This document shows positions 1 to 15,349 of a stretch of DNA of 64,000 bases, in pieces. A program made the position numbers and the translations under genes. The stretch comes from the human T2T-CHM13v2.0 reference genome, Homo sapiens: the NCBI RefSeq assembly GCF_009914755.1, contig NC_060927.1. One strand, written 5' to 3'. Position 1 is the stretch's first letter. Every line of letters begins with the position of its first letter. Under the pieces are notes generated by a model, which saw only the letters and a program-made list of their open reading frames with translations, did not search any database and was not told the origin of the DNA.

Positions 1-100
1 TATTTCTTTGAATTTTACTGATGCAGGACTTTTTTTCATGTCCTTTCTGGCCTGTTGTATTTATTTTGTGAATTTATAGCTCATGAGCATCTTGCTGTTC

Positions 101-390
101 TTTAGAGATGGGCTCTCGCTCTGTCGCCCAGGCCGGAGTGCAGTGATACAATCACTACTCACTACAGCCTCGAACTCCTGGGCTCAAGCCATCGTCCTGT
201 CTTGGCCTTCCCAGTAGCTGGGACTACAGGCATGAGACACCACGTTCAGCTAATTTTTTAATTTTTCTTTTGTAGAGACAGAGTCTCGCTGTGTTAACCA
301 GGCTGGTTTCAAACTCCTGGCCTCAAGCAATCCTCCTGCCTTCACCTCCCAAAGTGCTGGGATTATAAGCATGGGCAACTGTGTCCAGCC
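101..390 (-). mobile_element. Alu (AluJ-like)
   Basis: Antisense dimeric Alu: gagatgggctctcgctctgtcgcccagg ... cccaaagtgctgggatta ... ccagcc. J-type ctcctgggctcaag. Confidence 0.93.
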
Positions 391-492
391 AGCATCCTGT
401 TTTTGTATTTGTCTTATTTGTTTGGAAGAGTTATTTTTAATATATTGAGGATATTAACACTATCTTATGTATGTTGAAAATAAATCACAGGA

Positions 493-645
493 TGTATATG
501 GATAGGTATATGTGTATGTGTATGTACATGTATATGTATATGCGTATGTACATGTGTATGTATATCTATATGTATAGATATATGCATATGCACATGTATG
601 TGTGTAGATAGATATAGATAGATGATAGATAGATGATAGATAATC

Positions 646-690
<45 letters not shown>
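493..690. repeat. Compound microsatellite: (TATG/TA)n followed by (TAGA)n, with a pure run of about 11 units at 646-690
   Basis: Read directly from the sequence. Confidence 0.95.
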
Positions 691-693
<3 letters not shown>

Positions 694-1423
694 CTCTTCT
701 CCCAAGGAAGTCTTTCTGTTTTCTAGTTCCTGGCTTCTTACTTCCAAACCTTTTACAGTTTGAGCCAAAGGCTAGGAAAACATTTTCAGCCATCCCCTTT
801 TCCAACCCTGTGCTAGTGTAGCCCCTCTCTTGGGTGGAAATGTGAGAGCAATTGCATCTTCCACTCAGGGCTGAGGATTCATGGCTTAGTAAGTGTCAAG
901 TGTTTAGAACAGGGCCTGGTACATAGGAAACTCTCATATTGAGCCATTCTGTGACTTTCTGTGACCGCACAATAGCACCAGCTGCTTACTCTTCTCTCTG
1001 TCCTCACAAACCAGCCCTTTTATGATCCTCGTGGAATCTTCCCTGGCACACCCTTCAGGCTCACTGAGCCACGGTCAGGGCTGCTCAGAGAAGGCAGGTG
1101 TTGAAGTAGTGGCAGTTCATGACAACAGTGATAATGATAACAACTATTCATTCAGGCCCTACTAAGTTTGAGGCTCTGTACCAACCACCCCACAAGATTT
1201 TTCTCACTTCTCCCTTGGGACCACCCCATGGGGTATGGCTGACCCTTCATGTCAGTGCTCCAGCCATAACACTGAAGTCCCTTTTCCATCTTCATTTTTG
1301 TGCACACTGGCTCCCGCCGTGCCTGCACTCTGACATCCAGCACTTCTGTCTGTGTCAGATACAAGCATTATTTTTATAATAGGAAATACATAATAAACTA
1401 TATTTTTAAATACACAAAGTCAT

Positions 1424-1742
1424 GGCTAGGCACATTGGCACATGCCTGTAATCGCAGCACTTTGGGAGGCCAAAGCAGGAGGGTTGTTAAGACCAGGAGT
1501 TCAAGCAAGACCCACCTAAGCAACATAGCAAGGACCCATCTGCACAGAAAAAATTTAAAAAGTTAGCCAGGCATGATGGTACATGCCTGTAGTACTAGCT
1601 ATTCAGGAAGCTGAGGCAGGAGGATGGCTTGAACCCAGGAGTTCAAGGTTGCAGTGACCTGTGATTGCACCATTGCGTGCCAGCCTGGGCAACAGAAGGA
1701 GACCCTATCTCTAAAAAAAAACAAAACAAAACAAAACAAAAA
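1424..1742 (+). mobile_element. Alu (AluJ-like) with (CAAAA)n tail
   Basis: Starts ggctaggcac...tgtaatcgcagcactttgggagg and ends in an A-rich tail. TSD-like ta[c/t]acaaagtca on both sides. Confidence 0.93.
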
Positions 1743-2032
1743 GGTATACAAAGTCACGTGGGCTTGTCAATGTGGAGAAGGACAATTTACTGACAAGGCA
1801 TCTCATTATAATGCACATAAAATTAAGGACTTTGTATATTTTGCTTTTGGAGGAAAATCTTCTTTCACCAAAAAATGCTAATGGGACATGGGTGAGGAGA
1901 CCAACCATGACAGACAACTCTAATAATATCCTAACATGAGCGAAGGAGAAATCAAGGGTTCCAGTGATGTGTTTACTGATGTTTCACCTGATACTGTCAA
2001 AGAGAATGTCTTGGTGTTTTACTTGAGGTTGG

Positions 2033-2560
2033 TGTCAGTTCAGGTCCGCCAAGAAGCAGATGCCAAGACAAATGTAGCAGCAAAATGGACCTGTGGGTAA
2101 ACACCTTGAAATTTTGTATTGATGTATAATAATTGCACATATTTATAGGGTACATGTGATATTCTGATACATGCATACAATGTATAACGATCAAATCAGG
2201 GCATTTAAGATGTCCATAGCCTCAAATGTTTATCATTTCTTTGTGTTGGGAACATTTCAGATTTTTTCTTCTAGCTATTGGGGTAAACACCCTTAAATGA
2301 CACAGGGGAGAAAGGGCAGGGCCAGGCAGGAAGACACCCAGCCACATTGATGGCTGGACAACAGGAGAAGGAAGGAGTCATGTGTGGGAAGAACCATAGA
2401 CTGCAGTGCAGCGCTGGGACAGTCTCAGCCAGCCCGCCAGGAATCCCCACTGCAAAGGCTGTGCTTTGAAGAGTTCCACATTGAAGAAATGTCCAGGCCC
2501 TATTAACTCCACTATGCACTCAGTGCTGCCAGGGACAGTGTAAACTTGGCTCAACACTGT
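2033..2560 (-). mobile_element. Old ERVL LTR (LTR16/LTR33-like), interrupted by an L1 fragment
   Basis: tgtcagttcaggtccgccaagaagcagatgccaagac resembles the reverse-complemented LTR16/33 3' end. The sequence resumes after the L1 piece. Confidence 0.55.
2106..2280 (-). mobile_element. L1M 3'-end fragment with 11-bp TSD
   Basis: L1 3'UTR-like gggtacatgtgatattctgatacatgcatacaatgtata. GGGTAAACACC is duplicated at 2095-2105 and 2281-2291. Confidence 0.8.
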
Positions 2561-2762
2561 GGGACATCCCAAAGGCACTGCAACTGGGGGCCACTAGCCT
2601 ACTGTACTCCCCACAGCAGTTCTCCAAATTACAGGAATGTGGAGGCAAGGAAAAGATATCCTTATTTCCTGAATGCCTTCTGTGTGCCCGGCACTTTCTC
2701 GTGGAATACTGTTTACTCCTCACCACAAACCTACAGAACATTGCAGGTAATTACTGGCATTT

Positions 2763-3151
2763 TGATATGGTGTGCATGTTCATCTCCTCCAAATCTCATG
2801 TTGAAATGTGATCCCAAATGTTGGAGGTGGGCCTAGTGGGAGGTGTTTGGGTCATGGGGGCAGATGTCTCATGAATGGCTTGGTGCCCTCCCCATGGTAA
2901 TGAGTTTGCACAAGAGCTGGTTGTTTAAAAGAACCTGGCATCTCTCTCTCTCCCTCTCTCATATGACACACTGACTCCCCTTCCCTTCCACCATGAGTAA
3001 AAGCTTCCTGAGGCCTCATCAGAAACCGAGAAGATGCTGGCACTATGCTTCTTGTACAGCCTGCAGAACTGTGAGCCAAATAAACCTCTTTTCTTTATAA
3101 ATTACCCAGTCTCAAATATTCCTTGATAGCAGCACAAAAAGGACTAATGCA
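2763..3151 (+). mobile_element. MaLR solo LTR (MSTB/MSTA-like)
   Basis: tgatatgg...aaatctcatgttgaaatgtgatccc...cagcctgcagaactgtgagccaaataaacctcttttctttataaattacccagtctc...ggactaatgca. Confidence 0.9.
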
Positions 3152-3401
3152 CGTTTATAGATGAATTTCCTCAGGCTCAGAGAGGGAAAACAACTTTCTC
3201 ACAAAGCCACAGAGCTGAAAGTCACAGGACTGGACCCTGAGCCCAGATCCTTCCACTATAGCACAGTGGCCTCCATGGTCACAAACATGGCACAGGGTAT
3301 AAGGCAAAGATCTAAGACCAGGCAGAGTTAAGGCAAGAGGGGGATCAGGAAAAGCCCATGGCATCAATATGAGGGGCTTCTGCCCCTTTCCTGCTGGAGT
3401 C

Positions 3402-4133
3402 TTGTTACAGCCCAAAGGGGTTCTTCTTGCCCACTGCAAGATGAAGCCAGAACATTGAGACAGCAGTGTTGCTGTAGAGAAAGGGTTTAATTATCACAAG
3501 GTAACTAAACAAAAGGATGGGAGATGTTTTTCAAATCTGCCTCCCCAAGAATTCAGAAGCTAGGGTTTTTAAGTGTACTTGAAAACAGCAGGCAGAGGGC
3601 TGGGAAACTGAAACAATTGATTGGCTGGGGACAAAATCACAGGGGTCTCTAAACTGTCTTTGAACAGCTGAGTCAGTTCCTGGGAGGGGATTTCAGGATC
3701 ATGTGGCATCTCTTGATCTCCTGAAATGCTAAATCTGAAAAACATCTCAAAGACCAGTCTTTTAGGTTTCACAATAGTGAAGTTATCCATAGGAGCAGTT
3801 GGGGAAGTTACAAATATCACGACCTCCAGTTATGTGACTCTGGGGCAGTAAGCAACATATAGAAAAGCAAACTAAACAAGCAATGGATGGTTATAGTTCA
3901 ACCTATTCTTTAGCGAAGTTGTAGGCCTCTAGCATCATTCTAACCTTGTTACCTTTTGTTAGTCTTTACAGATACGATTGCAATTTCCAAACAAAGAAGG
4001 GAACAGCTCCAGGAAGGGGCTGCTATGGCCTCCGCACAAGAATGAGCAAAAGCAAACTAGCCTGGTAGAAGCAAGATGAAGTCAGGTATGTTCGATTTCC
4101 CTTACTACTACAATTTTTGCAAAGGTGTTTTTA
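3402..4133 (-). mobile_element. ERV1 MER4-group solo LTR (LTR8/MER49/MER72-like)
   Basis: The reverse complement begins ...aaacacctttgcaaaaattgt...gacttcatcttgcttcta (LTR8-type 5' end) and ends ...ctgtaaca. Confidence 0.7.
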
Positions 4134-4479
4134 GCTTCAGAAATTAGCCCCACATCTTCTGCCAACCCCTCTGGAGGCAAGGGCCTGCACTGACCTCGTA
4201 GGCCTGCAGGGGCTTCAGGGTAAAATGCACAGACTGAATTTACAAGGACCATGCCAGGAAACACCGGCCCAGAAGCCCCATGCACAAATCCTTAGCGGCA
4301 TCTTCAGAAAAAGAAAGCTTTAACCCAGCAGTGCACATAAGAATCAGAGAGTGTGCTGGGCAGAAAGCTGATCCCTAGACCCCATCCCAGACACTCTGAT
4401 GCAGGAAGTCTAGGCTGGTGCCCAGAAATTACATTCTAATAAGCACCTCAAGCCCTTCTAGTGGAGAAAGTCATCCACA

Positions 4480-5691
<1,212 letters not shown>

Positions 5692-7229
5692 TAGGAAGAA
5701 GCTGGGTATCACCTTTATTTGATGAGAAAGGTACAGGGTTTGGAACAGGTTCCTACGGTGGGGAGGGGGATGGTGGAGCAGGCTCTAGCTTTCACCAGGA
5801 CCCGTCCCCACTCACACACTCCCATCCCTGTCATTGCCCCTCTTCTCCTGGTAAACTTCTCCTCAGGTCCCAGCTGAGAAGTCACCTCCCGGGAGCCTAC
5901 CCAGGATGTGCTGGGCACCCTCCTGTGCTCCAAGGCTCCTTGGCACTGTGGTCCTCCCACCCTGGCCTATGAGCTTCTTGGGAGCTGAAGGTTGTTGGGG
6001 GAGACTGTCTCAATCTTCTTTGTGTCCCCAGGCCTGGCACAAAATTTGCCACATGCCAATGATTAAAAGAGATCTGCTTTTATTAATAGCTTCCTATTCC
6101 TGAAAGCCAGCATTTTGCAATACACACCAGCTAAGTGCTGCCTAACCTCTGTGTCATTAATATCTATGAAAACCCATAGAGCAGGTCTAATTACTCCCAC
6201 TTAATGGTGCTTAGAGAAATGAAGTGACTCGCTTTAAAAAAACACTGAATGAATGCATGCATGCGTGCATGAAGGAAAAAGATACAGAGTACTCTGTGAC
6301 CCTAGAGGAGCCAAAGGTGTGTGTATTGGGGGTAAGAGGGGAACCTCAGGAGACAAGCTCCAGTACCTAAGGAACTGGACATTCTCATGGTCAGGACTGT
6401 CCAACAATAGAACCAGCTGTCTTTGTAGTGAGTGAGCACCCTGTCCTTGGAGGTGTGCAAGCAGAGGGCCCCACCTTAACAGGGGTAAGAGGATGGTGGC
6501 TTGATGCCTGGGAGGGGCTGACTTTATGATTCTCCTGGCAGCAGGTGGTTTCTGAGTTGGTCCAATGGGAGAAGGGACCTGGGACATGGGATAAGACCCA
6601 CATTGGCTCTCTTTTCACCCCCACCTCATGTATCCAAGTCCTGGCCCATTGAAACATTCACTTTAAATTGGCCCTTGCACTTAAAGAATTTTTAAGCTGA
6701 AGCTTTGCAACAAAACAATGGCCTCATTAGACTTTAAAGAGGGAGGTGACCCCCAAACAGACTAATAGTGGTCATGTGGGCCTGCAGTTGGCCCCATCTG
6801 GGGCTTGAGAGCCAACTGGGACATTCAGAATCTCACCTCCTCAGCCGCAACCAGACCCCGGCTCCCCAGCCCCAGACCCCCACAGCCTGTGATGTGGGGC
6901 CCTGACCTGGGCTTCTCCCCTGCCCCACCCCATATATCTCAAAGCAGGCCTCTTCTTTCCAGCTCCCCATGCCAGATCACTGCTAGGGTTCACCTGGCAG
7001 CCACAAGGCCAGCTTCCACTCAGTGCTCCAACCCATGGCCAGAGAGCTCTTTCTAAGGCAGAGCCAGGAGGGTTTTCGCCTGCTGAAAACCCTCCAACTG
7101 CCTCCTACCATGCTGATAATCAAGTTCAACTTTCTCTCCATACCCTGCAAGGCCCTGTCTGATCTGGTCTTCCACCTTCAGCCCCATCTAGCTGCCCATG
7201 CACACTCATCTGGCTGCTCTCCTCTCTGA

Positions 7230-7385
7230 AAATTCCATATGAATTTTAAAAAACAGCTTACCAATTTACGCAAAAAAAAGAAAACCGCTGGAATTTTGAT
7301 AGGGTTGCATGAATCTTTCAATTGATTTGGGGTGTATTGCCATCTTATCAATATTACCTCTTCCAATCCATGAATATAGGATGTA
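7230..7385 (-). mobile_element. L1M ORF2 fragment
   Basis: ttccatatgaatttt...gctggaattttgatagggttgcatgaatct...cttccaatccatgaatatagg. Confidence 0.75.
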
Positions 7386-7466
7386 GAGGACTTTGCCCTC
7401 TGCCAGATGTGCCCTTTTCAACTCTCTGGTCTCCCTGATGAACTCCTGCTTCTACTCCTGGATCCC

Positions 7467-8030
7467 TGGAGGAATGAAGGATGCACTAACCCAAAATATG
7501 CCAGATTGGTATATTGATTACTTTGAGTTAAAAACACTGGAGTAATTGTAATTTCCAAAAGGGCTAGCTGACCCGTCTCTTCCTGCATGTAGCAAGTGAT
7601 AAAGATTCCTCTGGGAGGGGGTCCCTTCGCCATACCAGGGTGAGAAAATAGCCGTTGTAACCACAGACTGAGACTTAGGGGCTGTGATGGATAAATATGA
7701 CTGAATATACATAACATAGTAACCCTCAACATCCACTAGTTCCACGTGCCAGTACCCCACATATCTCCTAGTGGCTCCCCTAGAAAACCTGCTGCTCCTA
7801 TCAAGATTTTCTTTGTCCTGTCATTTCTTCTCAAATTTACAGTTGTCTAAAAAGTATAAAAGCATCTTGCTTTGGCCACTTCTGACTTCACTTTCTTGTG
7901 AAGATCCCTGGGTACATGTAAAACTAATACAATGTGTACACTTTCCTCTTGTTAATCTGCCTGGTGTCAATTTGGTTTCTATCCTGCATAAGAGCTAAAG
8001 GAGTTTGGAGGTGATCTCTGCCCTGCTGCA
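7467..8030 (+). mobile_element. ERV1 solo LTR (MER34-like)
   Basis: cccaaaatatgccagattggtatattgattactttgagtt..., aaaagtataaaagcat, and a 3' part ...tttcctcttgttaatctgcctggtgtc. Confidence 0.65.
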
Positions 8031-8419
8031 ACCCCCTGGAGCATCCTCTCCCCCAGAACCTTTCCCTGCACCAGGCCCTCCTCACTGTGTTCTGGGGGCC
8101 TCTGGACTTGCCCATCTGGGCACAAGAGTACCCCATTAATCTCTTCCCATTTTCATTCCCCAGCTAGAGGACAGGGACTGTTTTTCATGACATTGCTTCC
8201 CCAGCACTGAGCACATGCCTGTTGCTTTGTGAAGATTCAACGACTATGTGGATTGCAATGGCTGGCTGGAAGAACCAGTGAGAATACCTAAAGGCACATT
8301 AAACATGCTTCCCCAAAGAAACAAACAAACAAGTGTACACACAAAAGAATGAATGAACTGATGTATACACAAATGTAGGTAGATAATTAAATGACAGAGC
8401 ATTCTCCCAAGCTTTGAAA

Positions 8420-8755
8420 GCAATGGTTCTCAACACTGGCTTCAGGTTGGAACCACCTAGGCCTCCATCTCAGATCAATCAACTCGGAATCTTTAGCGGT
8501 GGGGCTGAGCTTCACCTTTTTTTAAGTTCCTGGTGATTCTAGCATACAGTCAGGGTTGAGTGGTTCCCAAAGTGTAGTCCCAGAGCAGCAGTGTGAGCGT
8601 CACCTGGGGACCTCAGAGTTTCTCAAGCTTCATAGAAATCACTGGAATTGGGAGGCCTGGGGTGAGGGGGGAGCCTGACTATGTGTGTGTCTAACAAATT
8701 CTCAGATGCTGCTGAGGCTGCTGGTTGGGGGGTCGCACTTTGAGACCCACAGGTC
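8420..8755. mobile_element. Two adjacent MER5-type hAT-Charlie MITE fragments
   Basis: tggttctcaacactggc...aagttcctggtgattcta and tggttcccaaagtgtagtcc...cactttgagacccac. Confidence 0.65.
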
Positions 8756-9889
8756 CAGAGGTCTTCTTTCTCTCTAGTCCTTTAGTGAAAGAAGGGTTGG
8801 AGGAGGTGACAGATACTGCTTCCTGGTCCAGGGATGAGAAGCCCTAAAAGGGTGGGACAGAGATTGCTCTAACAATTGTTATTTTCTTTACTTTCCCGTT
8901 TTTGTGGATTAGGAACCTGAGACCTTGGGAGGAGCAGAAACTTGCCCAAAGCCCAGGATCAATCTTGGAAACACTGACTTAGCAGGATATTTCCTGAGCA
9001 CTTGTGACGTGCCAGGGGCATATATGCTACATGCTAAGCGTTCAAGGGCCAGCCTCTTAGCTCCGCCCCGCCTCTTCCAACTTGACACCAGCACCCCAAG
9101 GTCAGAACCCTAAGGACAGGTCAGGGCTCAGCTCCAACTCACCTGGCCTGCCAAGGAAAGCAGGGCTGGGTACCAGGCATCCTGCTTCCCTCATGCCCTG
9201 ATGGGAGAAGCTGATCTTCCCCCTGCTCCCTGAGCTCCCTGAAACTGTCAAAGCCCAAGGGGAACGTCAGGAGGAGCAAATGAGGCAAGGAAGCCAACTG
9301 TCGGCTCCCACTCGCAGCCATGCAGGAGACGCCTCCTCTCCCCAGGGGATGCTCAGGTCCCACACAGCCTATTTTCTTGCCTGTCGAGGTGGTCTCTGGA
9401 GATGGTGTGAAAAACTCAGTTGAATGGTGAAGCAACAGCCATTTCCCTCCTCCTCCTCAATACCAGACTCTGATCTTGCTCAGGTATCAGGTGGCCTTGC
9501 GCTACAGAGGGGTGGGGGGCAGAGCTCTGCCCTTGTTCCGGGGCATGACTGATCCACGTCAATCATGCCACTCCATTTTCCTGGAAGTGATTGGTGGAGT
9601 CACGGGCATGGGAGCAATTATGGCCAATGAGGTGTGAGGACGAGACACGGGGAAGTGAAACTGGAAAGGTTTTTGCTCTTACAAGTAGATACTGGACCAA
9701 AAAAGAAAGAGAGAGAGATGGATGAATAGATGGATAGATGGATGGACAAACTATGAAGATAAGATAAAGCAATTATAGTAAAATGCAGAGTGCTAATGGT
9801 ATAATCTAGATGGTTAAGTACATAGGTGCTCACTCTATTTTTCACTCAAATTTTCTGTGTGTTTAAAACTGTTCATAATGATGTGTTTT

Positions 9890-10780
<891 letters not shown>

Positions 10781-11719
10781 CAAGATGCATATGCTTGAAG
10801 GGAAGCATCCCCCTTCTCTGATTCTCCATATAGCTAGGTGTAGTGAAGATGCTGGAGTTTCTGCTGGCATCTATGATGCCAAGGAAATGAGCCAGCCCCC
10901 AGATGGCAAAACAGATAGATGGAGGCTGAGCCTAGGTGACATTGTTGTCAACCTTGACACTGGCACAACTGTAAGAGGTGGGGACTATCATTGTCCCCGT
11001 CTAATCCCCCAGGACACCGAGGCTTAGAGAAAAACTTAGAAAGTCCCCACCCCACCTCGGAGTGGCATTCTAGTTGTTCCTGAGTTAGAGGTGAGCATTC
11101 AGAATAACAATACAAGGAATGTCCCACCAAAAGAGGAGCTGGACAGTTCAGTGGCGATGGAGACCACTGTGGGCTGCGGTGTCTGGGGAGCTTTCCAGCT
11201 AAGATCTTGTTTTCCGGTTCCTGCTGCTTCTCTCATTATTCACCACTCCCTTCTCCCAGCCACCCACGACCCAGTCTCTGCTCAGCCGCATGGAGTTCCC
11301 CCAAACTCTACTGCTCTTCCCCTGTTGGCCTTTGCACAGCCTGTTTGCTCTGCCTGGAGCACTCGCCTCCTTCCCTCCAGCAGCCTAACTCCAACTTCTC
11401 TCTCAGTCTTGGCGTTGGTGCTCTTCCTCCAGGAAGACATCTTGGACTCTCTCTTAGGAACCTAAAGCCCATGAAGCCAGAAGAGAGACAGTAAACCCCC
11501 ACACTTGCCCACCTCTGGAGAGGCAAGTCCTTGTTCAGTCCTTCCAACAACCTTCCAAGGCAGGCAACACTGGTGTTCTCGGCCACAACTGGCAGGTTAA
11601 GAAACTGAGGACCAGAGAAGACAAGAGGCTTCCATGAAATCACACAGCACTCTTTCCATCAGGAGACAGGCCCTGAATTATGCCTGTAGAATTTGGCAAA
11701 CACAGCAACAACGATAATG

Positions 11720-11880
11720 ATATCCACTAAGGTTTATTTGGCATTTGCCAGGAAGGGCTCTAAATATTTCATCTGTATTAACTCATTTAATCTTCACAAC
11801 ATCCCCATGAAATAAATATTATTATTGTCCCAAATTTACAAGGAAGAAACCAGAGGTGCAAACAGATGAGAAACTTGCTC
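11720..11880 (-). mobile_element. MIR
   Basis: attaactcatttaatcttcacaacatccccatgaaata...tgtcccaaatttacaaggaagaaaccagagg. Confidence 0.7.
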
Positions 11881-12114
11881 TCTCAACTACCAAATATTCA
11901 ACATCAAATACCAAAATACTTACTAGTCACCAAATACTGAAAGCAACCAGAAAGATCTTCCTCATCCATCAAGTCTATAGATCTTTCAAAAATCATAATT
12001 GGCAGCATCAGAATGCAGAGAAATAAACACATCAGAGACATAGTACAGATGCATAGATTGATTTTTTTAAACTTTCTGATCATAATTTGGTAACAGTATT
12101 TAGTAAGAATTCCT

Positions 12115-12432
<318 letters not shown>

Positions 12433-14234
12433 TGACTCACCAATTCTACGTCTAGGAATCTATTTCTTGGAGAAATACTCAGAGATCTTGTCTCAAGTTT
12501 GTACTCGAAAATATGCTTAGTAGTATCACGTTGAACAACAGCAACAAAAGAAAGGAATCCACCCAGAAGTTCAGCAATAGGGTTGGTAGGATAAATGATG
12601 ACACTCCCATCCCATGAAACATGACTCAGTCATTAAAAGTAATATTGCAAGAGAAAAGTAAATATCATTTTTCTAAAGTGTCTAAAATTCAAGGATGAGT
12701 AAAAACAGAATACAAAACTATATGCACACAGTATTATTTGCACTGTATTGCATGATATCATTATACACCCGAAGAATCTGTTGAGCAAGGCTAGGAGGAC
12801 ATGCGATGATGCCTTCCTGCTCATAACAACCCCATGAGACAGCCGCTACAGTATCATTCCCATTCTGCAGATGGGACCACCGAGGCATAGGAAAGTAAGG
12901 TCCTCACCAAGGCCAGGATTGTCTGACTCCAGAGTACACATTCAGGCCCACACCAGCCTCTGGGTATGACATTATGGGTGGATGGTTAAAAGTTTTTGTA
13001 TACTTTTAAGAAGCTATTTTCCAAGCTATTTCCAATGAACATCTATCAATTTTATAATCAAGGACAGGAGGCAATAAAAATCATTTGTTTGTGCAAAGTG
13101 TCCAAAAAGTTCCAGAAGGCTATACATGCCCAGGTGTTAGGGACAATTATCTCCAGCTGGCAGGAGGCCTGGAGCACTGTGGGCTCTTCATTTTGCTCTA
13201 TTTTGTCACTTTTCTGAAGAAACTGAGCACATGAGTTATTTAGAATTCGGGTGTTTGGTGCCTGGGACTTCTGTCAGGGTCTGCGGTGTCTGGAGTGGGG
13301 CCGGCTCTGATCCGGTGAAGGTACCTCTAGACCCCTGCCCACCTTCTCCCCACAAGCCTAGGCCATGGCCGCCCCCGTCCCCACCAGAAAAGCATGGCAC
13401 CAACACCAGCTTGTGCCTCTCCTCGTCCCCTCCCAAGAGGGCCATGTCCTTGTTCATCTGTAACTTTCAATTAACCAGGCACCAGGCTCCGGCTCAGAGG
13501 CTGAGCAAATGTTCCAAGGAGGAAAAGAAAATCCAGCCCAACAGCTCCAGGAGGACGCTTCCTTTTAATTAAAGTGAGGATCATGGAGGCTCTAAAACCC
13601 TTTTCCGATGAAACGTGAAGGTGGTCAGGGAGGTGTCCTTGAGAGCAGGGCTGGGTAAGGCAGGGCAGCAAAGGTGTGGTGAGGGAGTCAGCCTCCCACC
13701 CCTGCATCCCTCATTAGGCTCCTGCAGGGCCAGGGCCTTCTAGCCGCGCTGAGGAAGGGCAGCTGATGTCAGAGGGCCCTGATAATTAGAATCCAAGACC
13801 CCCGAGAGGGCTGCCACAGGATGGTTGCTAACACTATCCATTAGGGGTGTTTGGGAGGGGAGAGCGTGTGCAGATCAAATCTGGAAACGAGGCTCTGGGC
13901 TTGGCCCCAGCAGAACTCCAGGCTTCTTGCTCCTCCTGCTCCCAGGGTCAGCCTGGCTTCTCTGGTTTTCTGTTTGAACAGAAGGGAGGGAAGGAAGGAC
14001 CGTGCTCAATTCTCTTGAGCCCATTTCTCAGAGGCCCTCAGAGGAAGGATGTACCCAGCCCCAGCTCAGAGGAAAGAAGGCCCTTGCCTTTGTGTCTCAC
14101 TCACATCACGCCCTGCTGCAGGGCTGGAGGTTCCCGCAAGATGGTGAATGGTGGTCATGGTGGTGGCTGCAGTCATACAGCCAAGGTCTGTGGAATGTAA
14201 CTACTGCTCCAGCGGGGCATCAATAAGACGGCGG

Positions 14235-14465
14235 ATTTGGCAGCTTGGCCTTCGTGGGTTTGAATCCCGACTCTGCTACTCCGTAGCTATATCACTGAGG
14301 GCAACTTAATTCCCCTCTCTGGGCCTCATCTTCCTCATCTGTAAAACGGAGCTGACAGTGATGCCTGCCTCACAGAGCTGTGTTGTGAGGATTAAATTAG
14401 TGAACATGTGTAAAGTGTAAGAACAGTGTCTGGTTCGCCTGCCCTCGATTAATGTCAGCTGTTAC
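14235..14465 (+). mobile_element. MIR
   Basis: ggtttgaatcccgactctgctact...ctcatctgtaaaacgg...ttgtgaggattaaattag. Confidence 0.85.
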
Positions 14466-14489
14466 TAAGACATTTTACATTTATTCAGA

Positions 14490-14670
14490 TTAACTCATTA
14501 ATTCTTCCCAATACCCCACGTGGTAGTCACTTTCATTACCCCTCTTAGTACATGCAAAAATAGGCACAGAGAGGCTAAGAAATTTGCCCAAAGTCACACA
14601 CCTTTTACTAAGGAGAAAAGCCAGTATTCCAACCCAGGCCCTGTGGCTCCATAGCCCACGTGCTTGGCTA
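14490..14670 (-). mobile_element. MIR
   Basis: ggcacagagaggctaagaaatttgcccaaagtcacaca...ttccaacccagg. Confidence 0.7.
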
Positions 14671-15349
14671 TCATTTTATTTAATATTCTGCTCCTCGTTG
14701 TGGACGTATAGATGTAGGCATGGATGGTATTCTGTAGCAAATTTTTACAAGATGGCGAATATTAAGGGAGTGGTTGGCAGAGTTGAATGGGCAGGGGCTC
14801 TGGGATCAGGCCAGCTTGAGCTCAAGCCTTGGTTCTGCTGCTTTCTGGGTGTGTGCCTTGGAGCAAGACACTTTTCCCTCCTTCCTCGTCTGTGAAATGA
14901 GACTCATAGTCAAGTCCCTTCTGAGGGAAGTAATGGAGTAAGAGGAGGTGAGCAATGGTCTGCAGGAGGGGTTGTGGGAGGGGAGAGGGAGGAGGAGCAC
15001 AGGGGAAGGGCCTGTCCCCTGTGGGTTCCAGACCCCTGCCCCTGAACAGGCTGCCTTTCCTCCTCTGCTCCCTTCCCTTGCAGCAGCCCAGAGCCCAGGG
15101 CGCAGCCAGAGGCAGAGCCCCAAAGCCCCAACCAGCATGTAACTCAAAGTGATGAACTCTGGCTTCGGATCCCAGCAAGGGCGTCGCTGGCAGCTGGAAG
15201 GGGTGCTGCTCAGGGTCGCTGGAATGGGAAGGGTCCAGTGAGGACACCTGTCACTGGACCATCTGGGTCCTGAGGATACTCCCAGTAACACACTTGTACC
15301 CAATGCCTCTTCTTCTTCACCTGGCTCCTCCCTATCTTCCACCTTCCGG

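Noticed and set aside
14968-14989. Canonical G-quadruplex motif GGGGTTGTGGGAGGGGAGAGGG
   Set aside because: The motif is real but very common in mammalian DNA, and nothing in the context suggests a function.
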